Source: Takakia lepidozioides
Lineage: Eukaryota; Plantae; Bryophyta
DNA: 64,000 bases
Reading direction: 5' to 3'
Assembly (NCBI GenBank): GCA_030704615.1
Contig: CM060732.1
Coordinates: 18,972,001-19,036,000 of the forward strand
Shown: piece by piece, positions 36,750 to 47,386 of the stretch
Position numbering within the stretch: the stretch's first letter is position 1
How the letters are laid out: each line of letters opens with the position of its first letter
The notes under the pieces: model-generated
What the model saw: the letters and a program-made list of their open reading frames with translations, nothing else
Database searches by the model: none
What the model was told of the DNA's origin: nothing
Translations under genes and position numbers: made by a program

Positions 36750-38773
36750 TCAACAGACGAATAAATCATTTGCCTCCAAATGATATTTTGGTTTGCTTTG
36801 AGACTTGGCCAGTATATTCAACGTACCATGAAAGAGGCCCCAGAATAATATGAGATCAATCGAAATTCGTTCAATGGGCCAACGGATGGTTGCCCATCCA
36901 AATGATTTTCGTTCGATTTGAAACTTGGCCAATGTGTTTACTGTACCCTCTGATAGATCCCAGTGTAATATGAGATCAATCAAAATTCGTTCGATGGGCC
37001 AGTGAGGCAAAAGTTGTCATCTGGTTTTTGTTCATTGCGAAAAAGAAATCTTGCAATGCGTGCACGGCTATTGCACCCATTGAACGGATGTGGTTGAAGC
37101 CCCTCTTTTGCCCGCATGTGCTTGAACATGTGTGTGACACATGTGCGGAGACACAACAGACGAATAAATCATTTGCCTCCCCATCGACACCAAGCCATTC
37201 CATAATGTAATTGAATTTAAATTAATTTTAAGCCAATAAATAGGTTTGCACTGCCTTTCATTGGGGGTTTCTGGCACGTATCGATTTTGTTTTTTCCTCA
37301 ATTTTTGTTCTGCAGCTTCCAGCATCCCACCACTACTCCCCCGCCAAAATTTGGACCAATCAAAAATGCCCCAAAAAAAAAATGTTCTCTTCGCTCACTA
37401 TTGCAGAACTCTCCTATGAAGAGTGCATGAAGTTGAACACAAATCAAGTTTGGAGTGCAAACACAGGGAAGAAACTCTGTGGTTTTGGGTCCAAATGAAT
37501 TATGTTCGCTCCCAAAATTGGCACGCACGTTGCATATGGCTACATTACACGCCCCATTCAAAAACGGAATGAAAAAAAAAAATTGTGAGCACGCGAAACA
37601 CAGGTCCCAAAGCAATAGCAGATCCAGCGGAATACATTCAACGGGTGAACGGATGGTTGCCCATCCAAATCATTTTTGTTTGCGTCCAAACTTTGCCAGT
37701 ACGTTCGAGACACCCTCTCACAGGTCCCGGACTAATATCAGGTCAATCGAAATTCATTCGATGGCTCAACGAATGGTTGGCCATCGAGATGATTTTGGTT
37801 CGCTTTGAGACTTGGCCAGTATATTCAATGTGTCATGGAAGAGGCCCCAGAGTAATATGAGATCAATTGAAATTCGTTCAATGGGCCTACGGATGGTTGC
37901 CCATCCAAATGATTTTCCGTTCGCTTTGAAACTTGGCCAGTGTGTTCAATGTACCCTCAGATACGTCCCAGTGTAATACGAGATCAATCGAAATTCGTTC
38001 GATTGTGCAAGGAGGCGTTCATTTGTCATCGTGTTTTTGTTCAATGCGAAAAAGAAATCCTGCAATGCGTGCACAACTATTGCACCCATTGAACGGATGT
38101 GGTTGAAGCCCCTCTTTTGCCCCCATGTGCTGGAACATGTGTGGAGACACATTAGACGAATAAATCATTTGCCTCCCCATCGACGCGTTCACCCCTCAAG
38201 CTATTCCACAATTTAATTGAATTTAAATTCATTTTAAGCCAATAAATAGGTTTGCACTGCCTTTCATTGGGGGTTTCTGGCACGTATCGATTTTGTTTTT
38301 GCCTCAATTTTTGTTCTGCGGCTTCCAGCATCCCACCACTACTCCCCCGCCAAAATTTGGACCAATAAAAAATGCCCCAAAAAAAAAGTGTTCTCTTCGT
38401 TCACTATTACAGAACTCTCTATGAAGAGTGCATGAAGTTGAACACAAATCAAGTTTGGAGTGCAAAACAGGGAAGAAACTCTGTGGTTTTGGGTCCAAAT
38501 GAATTATGTTTGCTCCCAAATTTGGCACGCACGTTGCATATGGCTACATTACACGCCCCATTCAAAAACGGAATAAAAAAATAAAATCGTGAGCATGCGA
38601 AACACAGTCCAACAAGTCGTAAAGTAATAGCAGATCCAGCGGAATACATTCAACGGGTGAACGGATGGTTGCCCATCAATATCATTTTTGTTTGCTTCCA
38701 AACTTTGCCAGTATGTTCAAGACACCCTCTCTCAGGTCTCGGACTAATATCAGATCAATTGAAATTCATTCGA
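36750..38773 (+). repeat. Two ~1.01-kb satellite units (orientation A)
   Basis: gatccagcgg at 37621 and 38633; internal ~110-bp subunits. Confidence 0.88.
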
Positions 38774-40087
38774 GGGCTCCACGTGTGCCATGGATGCCTG
38801 CACCCCGTGGTCCTCACATGCTCGCCCCCACTCACTGCCTGTACCATCTCGGTAGGCAGAGAGACCATCGAGGGAAGTATACTCCGCACTCTGCGCTGCT
38901 CAGCCATGGCCAAGCTGATAATCCAGGTCGAGCAATTGAGATCCATTGCTTGCCCCAACACCTGACGATGTGATGCCTCAGAAAGAGAAGGCACCGCCGT
39001 GGTCCCAGTGGAAAAACCCATCGCTTGCTCACGCTCGTCAGCATTAGGCTTTACTAACTGTTGCAACTGAGCATCCCACAGGAGGCCAGGTCCATTATCC
39101 CGGAAAGCATGCGATCCTGGGAAGCTGAGCAGTGTAGGTAGTACTGCTCGTGGTTGACCCACCTTGTTGACCACTGCCAAAGGCGAACGGTCATCGTGTC
39201 TCACACGCTGAGACTGTCTCACTGTGTCCAAAATATTATCCACTATGAGGTGTGCTGGCCGCTGCACCCCATCAAATGCACATTTGAGCAGTGCGGGTGG
39301 CATCAAGTTAGTCCACCATAGCCGTGGACGATGAGCCCATGACCCCACTGAAGCTGCATCCAACAACACTGCTGACCCAAGCCACGACCGGACTTGATGC
39401 ACACTGGCCACAGGGGCAGCCCCTCTTGTGTCCCGACCCCTCGCCCTCAAGGCAAATGGCCGCGACACACACCCCTTCCATCACTCTACCCCGAGAATCG
39501 CCCATCAGTGGCACATTCTCCAAAATGTATGCCGGAGATACAGCTTGATGAAGCTGTAAGTGGCGCAAACCCGTACCATCTCCCAAAACAGATCCGACCT
39601 CGAGTCTCGCAATCCATTGCCATGCCCGGCTGATGAATGCCCTTGGCAAGGCCAACTTGCCACTACCAAGTGGATGGAGCCAATCCACTCCAAATCTTGC
39701 GCCCCCAGCAAGGAATTGTCTGCTGGTAATGTCTGCTAGTATCCACAAACTGCAGACACCGGCAACAACTCAGGGTACTGCTGCACCAACTGAGCAACAT
39801 GGCGTAGGGAGACGCGTCGTGCAGTCTTATCCCTCTCTACATATAGGTAACGCCGAACTCGTACACCTGCCTGTAGCACAGCAGCCAATCCGGTGCTGAT
39901 CCCGCCAAACAAGTCCAGAAGGCAAATGCCTTCATCCGGATACTACCACACAATAGGTGTGGTATCTGTCGAACGGTTTTTACTCACCCATCCCTTCACT
40001 ATCCGAGGTGGAAACTCCAAGATAGAAGAGTTGGATATCTCTAAGCACTCAGCCCGCTCAGTACAATCAGTTATGACCTGCAGCTAG
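38774..40087 (-). pseudogene. C5-cytosine DNA methyltransferase domain, intronless; 5' part of the Gypsy pol polyprotein
   Basis: Motif I LLDLFGGIST (~39893-39922); II YLYVERD; IV VASWPCQGHSSAG; V DSRSDLFWE; VI YILENV; VIII LDAASVGSWAHRPRLWWTN; IX EREQAMGF; X QVLGQAMD. Contains frameshifts and stops. Confidence 0.9.
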
Positions 40088-40951
40088 TGAATCATGGTTG
40101 TGCTTCCCATTTGTATTTCTTCTTGCCTTCATGTTATCAATTTACCTTATCTGATACTAAAGCATCAGATTGCTTCAGTATCTTCTTAGTTCCAGTTAAT
40201 CATGCATTCATTTCACAGCTTCACTCATGTCTCTCTACACAGTGTGCTTGTATCGAATAAGTATCAGTTACGATTTATCAGGTACTAGGCCAATGTCAAG
40301 GTGACTCTAATCCGCCCTACAGTATCACTACAACTCTGCATGAAAATAAGCATCTACTGTTCATCTTTTCTCCTTCTTTCTGCTCTCGTTCTTGCTCTCC
40401 GCCTGATCTCCTCTCATACATGACCAAGAAGCGCTCCCCGTGAAGTGTGTCCCCTCTTTCCGTTGCCGCTCCCCTTATCTGCCCGCAAGCTGTTCTAACC
40501 ACCTAACTAATTAACCGTCATCCCTGAAGTAACACGTTCTTTTTGCAGATGTCGTTCCCTCACAGTCGTTCCCTACCAATGATAACTGTTCCCCATGTAC
40601 TGTGACAGGCTGTGTCAAGCAGTGCCGAGCTGTGACTGGTTGTGTAAGGTTGTGTCGGGCTGTGACTGGCTGTGTCGGCTGTGTCGGGCTGTATCGGGCT
40701 GTGTTGGCTGTGACGAGCTGTGTCGGCTGTGGCGGCTGTGACTGACTGTGACGGGCTGTGCGAAGCTGTGGCGGGCTGTGTTGGCTGTGACTGGCTGTGA
40801 CGGGCTGTGTCGGGCTGTGTACCCCCCCCCCCCCCCCCCTAAAGCCTGTTGCTGTCACCCCTAAGGCTCCTGTTGGTCTCAGTCTGTGTAAAAATTAAGG
40901 GTACCCCACAGAACCCGTAAAAGCGTTAAAGTCCCAAGCAGCCCTCTAACA
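40088..40951 (-). repeat. 3' LTR (864 bp) of a second, nested Gypsy-type element; contains a (GCTGTG-like)n minisatellite at 40600-40860
   Basis: Minus strand: PPT gagagggggagggg (~40956-40969), LTR start TGTTAG at 40951, end TTCA at 40088, abutting the DNMT coding sequence. Confidence 0.75.
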
Positions 40952-41016
40952 TTTACCCCTCCCCCTCTCAAAAAGCCGTGTCCTCACGGTTTACTGTTTA
41001 GGATTAGCAAACCTTT

Positions 41017-42984
41017 GTGATCAAACACCCTTCTGACGGTGAGAGTCTCGTGAAGGACTCCGTGTGCGAGCCCGAGTCTTGTCACTGGTTGACGGAGATG
41101 ATTGAGCACTACCCGGAAATGTCTGACCCTCCTTTGGATGATATCGAGGTAACTTCTCAGGCATAGGAGATCCCCGTCGTTTCTTTTCTGCCATCTAAAG
41201 TGCATAGTCTTCTGCCATGTCAAAATAGTCTGCTGAATCAGAATCCTCGTCCCCCCTGAGGTGTTTTAACGGTCAAACTCTAACTGGAATCCTGTGGGGC
41301 ATACAATGTGGTCCCACCATGTTTGGAAGTTTAAACTGTACAACTTGTTGTAAGCGCTTAATGGCAAAATTGGTGAACACCCTGAACTCTTTGTCCGTAA
41401 AGGTGAGTGGTGTGCCAATGACTTGGGAACAGTGCAAGTATTTCCATGCCTCATGTCCCTTAAAGAAAATATCGTCAGGGCCGAATTTCTGTGTTGTCAA
41501 ATTGTTCCAGGCCGAATGAAACCATGAACGAAGTTGGGAATCCTTTTGCATCATAACTTTTGCTTCATATAGGTACATATGATGTGGCACTGAAGGTAAG
41601 ACCCAATGATCCCCACTGGAATAACTCAGAAATCGCGATTGCATCCTCTGTTGCTCAATGTGATAACGTGCCAGAAAACAAGCAGCATAGTATAATCCAC
41701 AGCCCATGACAATACTTGCTACCTCCTTGGTCTTGGTATAAATGTACCCATGTACAACTTGGAAGGCAATTAATTCCTTCAACATGGTACTTGCTTCAGA
41801 CCAATACCTCGCAAAGTGATGATCCTCAATGGGTCGATTGTTCGGAAGAACCTTAGTCCTAGTTTCCACTGGCAGCCAAATGCGCATGATCTGGTAATAA
41901 TGTGCCAATGACTGCGGAGGACTAAATTCCTTCCAAGCCAAATCCAACACAATGGGAATTTGGTTGAAGGGCATAATCATAGCCCGACTGTACTCCCGTG
42001 CAGCATGAGTCTTAGGTGGGTTAAAAGCAGCATCTCCCCATACCTCAGGCTGTGGTGTGGCTGTAGTAACAACAGGGTCAACTACCTGCACAGTCACTTG
42101 TTGTGGTATTGGTAGCACTGGCCCTTCTACCACTGGCATCTCATGCACCCCTTGCGAAGAAGACTGAAAAATTAGAGTTCTGGCTTGTAAATAAGTAGCC
42201 ATCAGCTGCTCCTCAGGTACACAGACTCTCTTGTCAATATTTGAACTCAGGTCATCCACCTGAGTCTGCAGGCCTTCTACATCCTCCTGTAGCTCCGCTA
42301 TTCTACTATAGACATTGTCTATAGTAGTTGTGGCAATGTTCTGTACCTCCAGTCTGAGCTCATTCATCTCGCCCTGGGTGAGCTTCCGTGGTGCTTTGCC
42401 TTCCATCGGCCCTTGTACTAACCAGACCTGCATAAGGTGGTTATCCACCAAGTTGTGTGTGGCACCCCAGAGAGTCTGCTCCTCTGTGAGCCTGTACACA
42501 TCTAACTGCTGTTGTAAAGCCTCCATGCGCTTCGCATGAGGTTCAACCAAACTCGCATAGGCAGCATCCAGATTATTGGCTTCCTTCCAAGCCTTGTTAG
42601 CCACAGAGAATTCATTTCTATTTACCATGACCGTTTGTTGCAACTCCAGGATGTACCTCTCTTGGTCAGCTTCAACCTGTCTGTATTGCTTGAAAGTATT
42701 CTCATTGCGACAGATTGTATTTTTCATATCAACAATGAGTTTCGCCTGCTCGACTATCTCTGCCTCTGCCTTCATACATCTCTCCCCTTGTCTGTTAACT
42801 TCTAATGCAGTTTGCTCAAGAGTAGTTGTGAGTGTAGTACATTGTATGGTCATCCTCTCATGTACTGCCTGCAACTCTGTATGTAGTGCATTCACTTCTT
42901 GCAACTTGCCCTCATGCTTCACCTGCATTTGGTATAACTGTTGTTTATGTGCTTCGTGCAACTGGGGCTGTGCATTTTGTTAAA
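41017..42984 (-). pseudogene. Extra 3' ORF of the nested retroelement (long coiled coil plus aromatic-rich globular domain), 5'-truncated
   Basis: 562-aa open frame 41273-42961 that continues in frame past TGA/TAG stops to just upstream of the PPT; no RT/INT motifs. Confidence 0.6.
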
Positions 42985-43560
42985 GCACTATGTTGGCCAC
43001 TTCCATGTTCATTGCAAGGGTGACCGCCATTTTCCCGCATGATGTCGGAATCCAATGAGACAAGTTGGTATGGGTAGCCACCTTGATAATGAACACTCTC
43101 TAATTGAAATAAGTAAAAAAACATTTTGTGTGCTAAAATGGGAGCACTTGGTATGGGCCTATGTATTTTGTCAAAGCACTATGTTGACAACTTTCATGTT
43201 AATTGCAAGGGTGAGCGCCATTTCCGCTCACGATGTCGGAATTGAATGAGGGAAGTTGTTATGGGTAGCTAGCTAGATAATAAACACTCTCTGCTTAAGA
43301 GAATTACAAAATAAATTTTTGTGGTGAAATGGGAGCACCTGGTATGGGGCTGGCCATTTTTAACAACCTCTATGCTAACCACTTGTGTGTTCATTGGAAA
43401 AATAGGTGCCAATCTTTGTCACAAAGTCGGAATTGAATGAGGGAAGTTGGTATGGGTAGCTAGCTTGATCATGAACACTCTCTACTTGAAAGAATTATAA
43501 AATATTTTTTTGTGGTGAAATGGGAGCACCTGGTATGGGGCTGGCCATTTTGACCAACCT
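42985..43560. repeat. Three ~191-bp tandem units
   Basis: gcactatgttg.../tatgggtagc/aaatgggagcac recur at ~42985, 43176 and 43367. Confidence 0.8.
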
Positions 43561-44164
43561 CGGAAGTATAAGAGTTGTTTTTTTTATTTGGAATGATGGA
43601 AACGATGTGGGAGACCCTCGTGGAACAAAAAGAGAACACAAAGTACAATAACAAGTTCAACATCCTCCATGTTCACCTACAAATCCTTCTCAAATTAACT
43701 TAGCCTCCGATGTAAACCACCATCCAACCAAAACCATAGTCCCTAATCCCTAAACCCTAATCCTCAAACCCTAGCTTGCTTGGAGGTAATTCTCAAGCTC
43801 ACCATACTTTATTGACTAAATGGGCCTTTATTCATTAGTAACTCTTATTCCTCCACAACCGCCCCCGGGGGTAGAATTCCGTGCACATGTGTCCACCCGC
43901 GGGGGCTGCCACATTGGTGGGAGACAGGTGGGCTGCCTCCTGGCCATCCCTTCGCTCTCAAGTGCCTCCATATATGTCACAGAAAGCAGGGACCGCCCAG
44001 GCTGCAGCCGCTAGTGGGGCCCACCACATCCAGCCGCCGCTTAGGATGTAGCGAACTGCTCATGTGCCCGGCATGAGAACCGTGTCCGTAGGCATCATGA
44101 TCACCAGCTTTGCAAACCCTGCTTCATGTACACAAGACGCTATGGCTCCCTTCCAAGCAGGGTC

Positions 44165-44724
44165 CTATCTGAGAGATGATGTGCACACTTCGGGGTCAAA
44201 GACTGCCACGCAACCAAGATAGACCCCGAAGTGATTCCCTGTGTCTGAAAGATTGTACAGGTACTGATCTGGGTTGAAGGGGACCGCTATGATCCTGGGG
44301 GCCCACACTTCGCCATTCCTATTACCCATAGCTGAAGACCAAGGGAAAATGTTAACATTGAAGCCTCTTAGATGAGGTTTGAAGGAGAGGGCTTTGTCTG
44401 CTGCCCCCTTGGTTTCCAAGAGGATGGAGAAAAAACCTTTCCCCCTAGTATGACAATGTTGCTTGAGATCGCTAGAGCATCCCAGGTGTGTAATGGCCCA
44501 ATCCCAGCTCACAAAGGCTCTGTCAACTTTTTTGCGTGGAAAATGAAACATGACTTCTCTCTCTTCTATGTCCAAAACTCTATCATTGAGCCGAACAAAG
44601 TCGATTTTAATGATGGGGTGGTCTTTGCTCATTGCCAATTGCAGAGCTGAGACTTCCTCGGTCTATTCAATTTTTGTCTCCTCAATGTCGCTCTCCAACA
44701 AATTGGCCGTCAAGCTGCATCTAG
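44165..44724 (-). mobile_element. LINE ORF1 (DUF4283-like RRM) fragment
   Basis: W...RGKGFFSILLE...ADKALSFKP...NIFPWS motif. Confidence 0.6.
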
Positions 44725-47386
44725 CCAAACGACGTGCAAAAAAATATAGGGTAACATATATGCTTTGACGATAAAATTTAAAATCTTTTTAGAAATAAAA
44801 TTGGGTGTCCTTATTTGTGGATATCGTATTTAAATAAAAATAAGATTATGAATATGCTACATATTTTTTAGAAACAATATAGGGGTGCCACAATAGCGAG
44901 GGACATGTGTCGTTCATTCTATGGTATATTTGTATTGAGACTTCATAAATGACTAGTTGGACCTGCATGACGGGACTTGGATTCGGCTCGGATGAGAGGA
45001 TTTGGACGTTTAGGGAGGGTTTAGGGTTGCTTTATTTTCTTCTCACTTTGTCTTCTTCTCCAACTCAAAAGTTCTGCTATAATAGTTGCTGATCTCATTG
45101 TGTTGCTGGAAGCTCTGGTTTATTCACTTGCTATAAGGTACCTCGATTTCTCATCAAAAGAATATTTTTTCACTACACTCAAAATATGCAACGGTTTTTC
45201 TCATTCGTTTGATAGATGCATTAGAGCATTGAGCAATAAAATATTTTGCACTCTAAGCAAATTTTGTTTAATTTTTATGTTACTATAGGGTATCAAATAT
45301 TTGATGATTACAGTCAAATAGAAAAAAATAGCCTACTAGATACCTGTGTATATTACATAATTAAATAATTATAGGGTGGATGAAAAAAAAAAGAAAAAAA
45401 AAGAGTAATACCCCCATAGAAAATACCTCTTTATAGCACTTGATTCCCTAAACTATATAGGGAGTGATTTCCCCGAGGGGTATCTGAGAGGAAAAAAAGG
45501 AGCTGCAGCCTCTCTACTCGGATCCCCTGGCCTCTAGTCTAAGCCTGATGAGCCATGAAAAACCCCGTACCCGAAGAGGGCTAAGATCTGCGTGTCGCGG
45601 GGAACCTGCCGCTACCAGTTTGCATGCGGTTCTTCGAGGGACTGTTGAATGAACGATTTCCAAGCGGACCCATGGAATGGATACTCACGTCACTAGGGGA
45701 ACCGAAGGGAGGTGATCAAGTTGCAGTTACTTGCGGTGTAACTTGCACAGCTAGTAGCTAGACTTAGACCAGAGAAACCAATGGGAAGCCAGATGATGAA
45801 AGGTGAAAGGAGGAAGTCAAGGAATTACACAGAGGCCCGAGAGATAACCAGATAATAAGGGTGGCCAGCAACGGGAAAGAGAACAACACAAGAGCTAGAT
45901 TCCAACAAAGACAATACTCACGATTCACTCTGCTGGGACAGATCCAGACGCATATAGGGTCATGAGCTGCGAACAAGGTAGCCAAGAGATGAGATCATGA
46001 GTGAGAAACGCAGAACACTGGAAGGGAGGGAATACTGTTTGGGGGGGATTATGGAGGGGGAGAGGGAGGTAAGAGGAGGGCCGGGGAAATAGCGGCCGAA
46101 CGCCTTAGTTAGTGGTAGGGATTGTCAGCAGTCACTTCATAAGAATGATGAGGCAATTGCTCAGGATAGATTTCCCCAACACTCCAGGGAAAGAAAGGAA
46201 GAAATTTAGGCTCTTGGCGACTGAGAATAATGGGCCTGGCTTGTAATCAAGCCAAGGAATTAAAGACCCAGAGTTGGTCAGGGAAGGATGAAGGTCACTC
46301 ATTCATCATGAGATAGACAAGAGATGGTCTTCTCGTTCCGAAGGGATTCAGTCTGGTGAGGAAGAGGGCGACGGGGTTTCGAATTTGGACGCTTACAGGC
46401 TGATGAAACCGATATTAAAAGCTGCAACGCACGCCCGGGGAAATCACTCTCTATCACTTGTATAGGGCGCGTGAGATAAATGGATATTTTGTAGGGGGGT
46501 ATTACTTTTATTTTGGGTATTTTTTAGTATCCTATAATTACATAATTTTGTAATATGATGAATTTCTTATATGCTATTTTAATTATATTTTATTGTTCTA
46601 AACAAATATTAAACGCCCTATATTAATAATACAATAAAGAAAACGTTCTGCACTAATCGAAAATCATAGTAACTGAACTAATAACTGAGTCTACATCTAT
46701 CCACTTGTTGTCGGTATGATCATATTTGAATTTAAATTGTCCTCTAGATTTTGAGAAGTAGTTTAATAACACCATAATTGGTGTGGTTGGTCTATTTAAG
46801 AGATCAATAGGCTGCCGCGATATCCCCCACCTGCTCCCCTACTTGCTCCCCACTTGCTCCATAATGACAATTGGCATGTCTCCGAAAAAATATTCCCTCA
46901 AAGCTTCTACTCGTCTCTGTCAACCATTGGCCGGCCTCTTCGTATTCTGTCTGCCGCTGCTTCCGCTCGTGCTTCCAGTCAACCATCCACCCAAACAGGT
47001 TTCTCGTAGCTATCAATCCACAGGGATTTGAAGGTAATCTTGTGCTTAAAATCCGGCCCTCACGGATGACAATAGACATGAAACTCCCTCCCTTACCATT
47101 AGAAAAAGGAGAAACCCCCGCGCTCAAACCCCCTCCCTTACCATTAGACCCTAACTCTAAATGCACAATACGTGTCCATGGACTAATCACTGGACGACAC
47201 GTGTCCACATCTATTATCTCAACCCTATAGTAATTTTTTTTATAAAAATGAATCATTATTTTAAACCCTATATTCATTTAAATTCCCTAATCACAATATA
47301 ATGTATCCATTCTTAACTTTAAATGTTTTCTAATTTTTATCTTTTCAAAATAAATCGCACCCTATATTTTTTTGCACGTCGGTTGG
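44725..47386. mobile_element. Foldback / MULE-like element with long diverged inverted arms
   Basis: Outer IR ccaa(a/c)cgacgtgcaaaaaaatatagggt at 44725-44752 and 47359-47386; inner IR taataccccc...gagtgatttcccc at ~45406-45474 and 46436-46504; no TSD found. Confidence 0.6.

Larger units (their letters stand above)
24538..38773 (+). mobile_element. Composite hAT unit, copy 2 (putative left TIR to inversion breakpoint)
   Basis: Starts CAGGGTTGCACACGTC followed by a dense ACGTC/GACG subterminal cluster (24549-24660). Contains the transposase, hairpin arrays, RING gene and satellite; collinear with copy 1. Right TIR and TSD not found. Confidence 0.65.

Noticed and set aside
38774-40087. Host DRM/DNMT3 gene or bacterial restriction-modification contamination
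   Set aside because: Intronless, non-permuted motif order (I to X, unlike DRM), no UBA/PWWP domain or neighbouring endonuclease, and it joins a Gypsy pol across the inversion.
40511-40858. Thr/Gln/Pro-repeat protein ORF
   Set aside because: Translation of the LTR minisatellite.
43741-43775. Interstitial telomere
   Set aside because: Only 3-4 degenerate CCCTAA(A) units; more like telo-box or TE-internal motifs.
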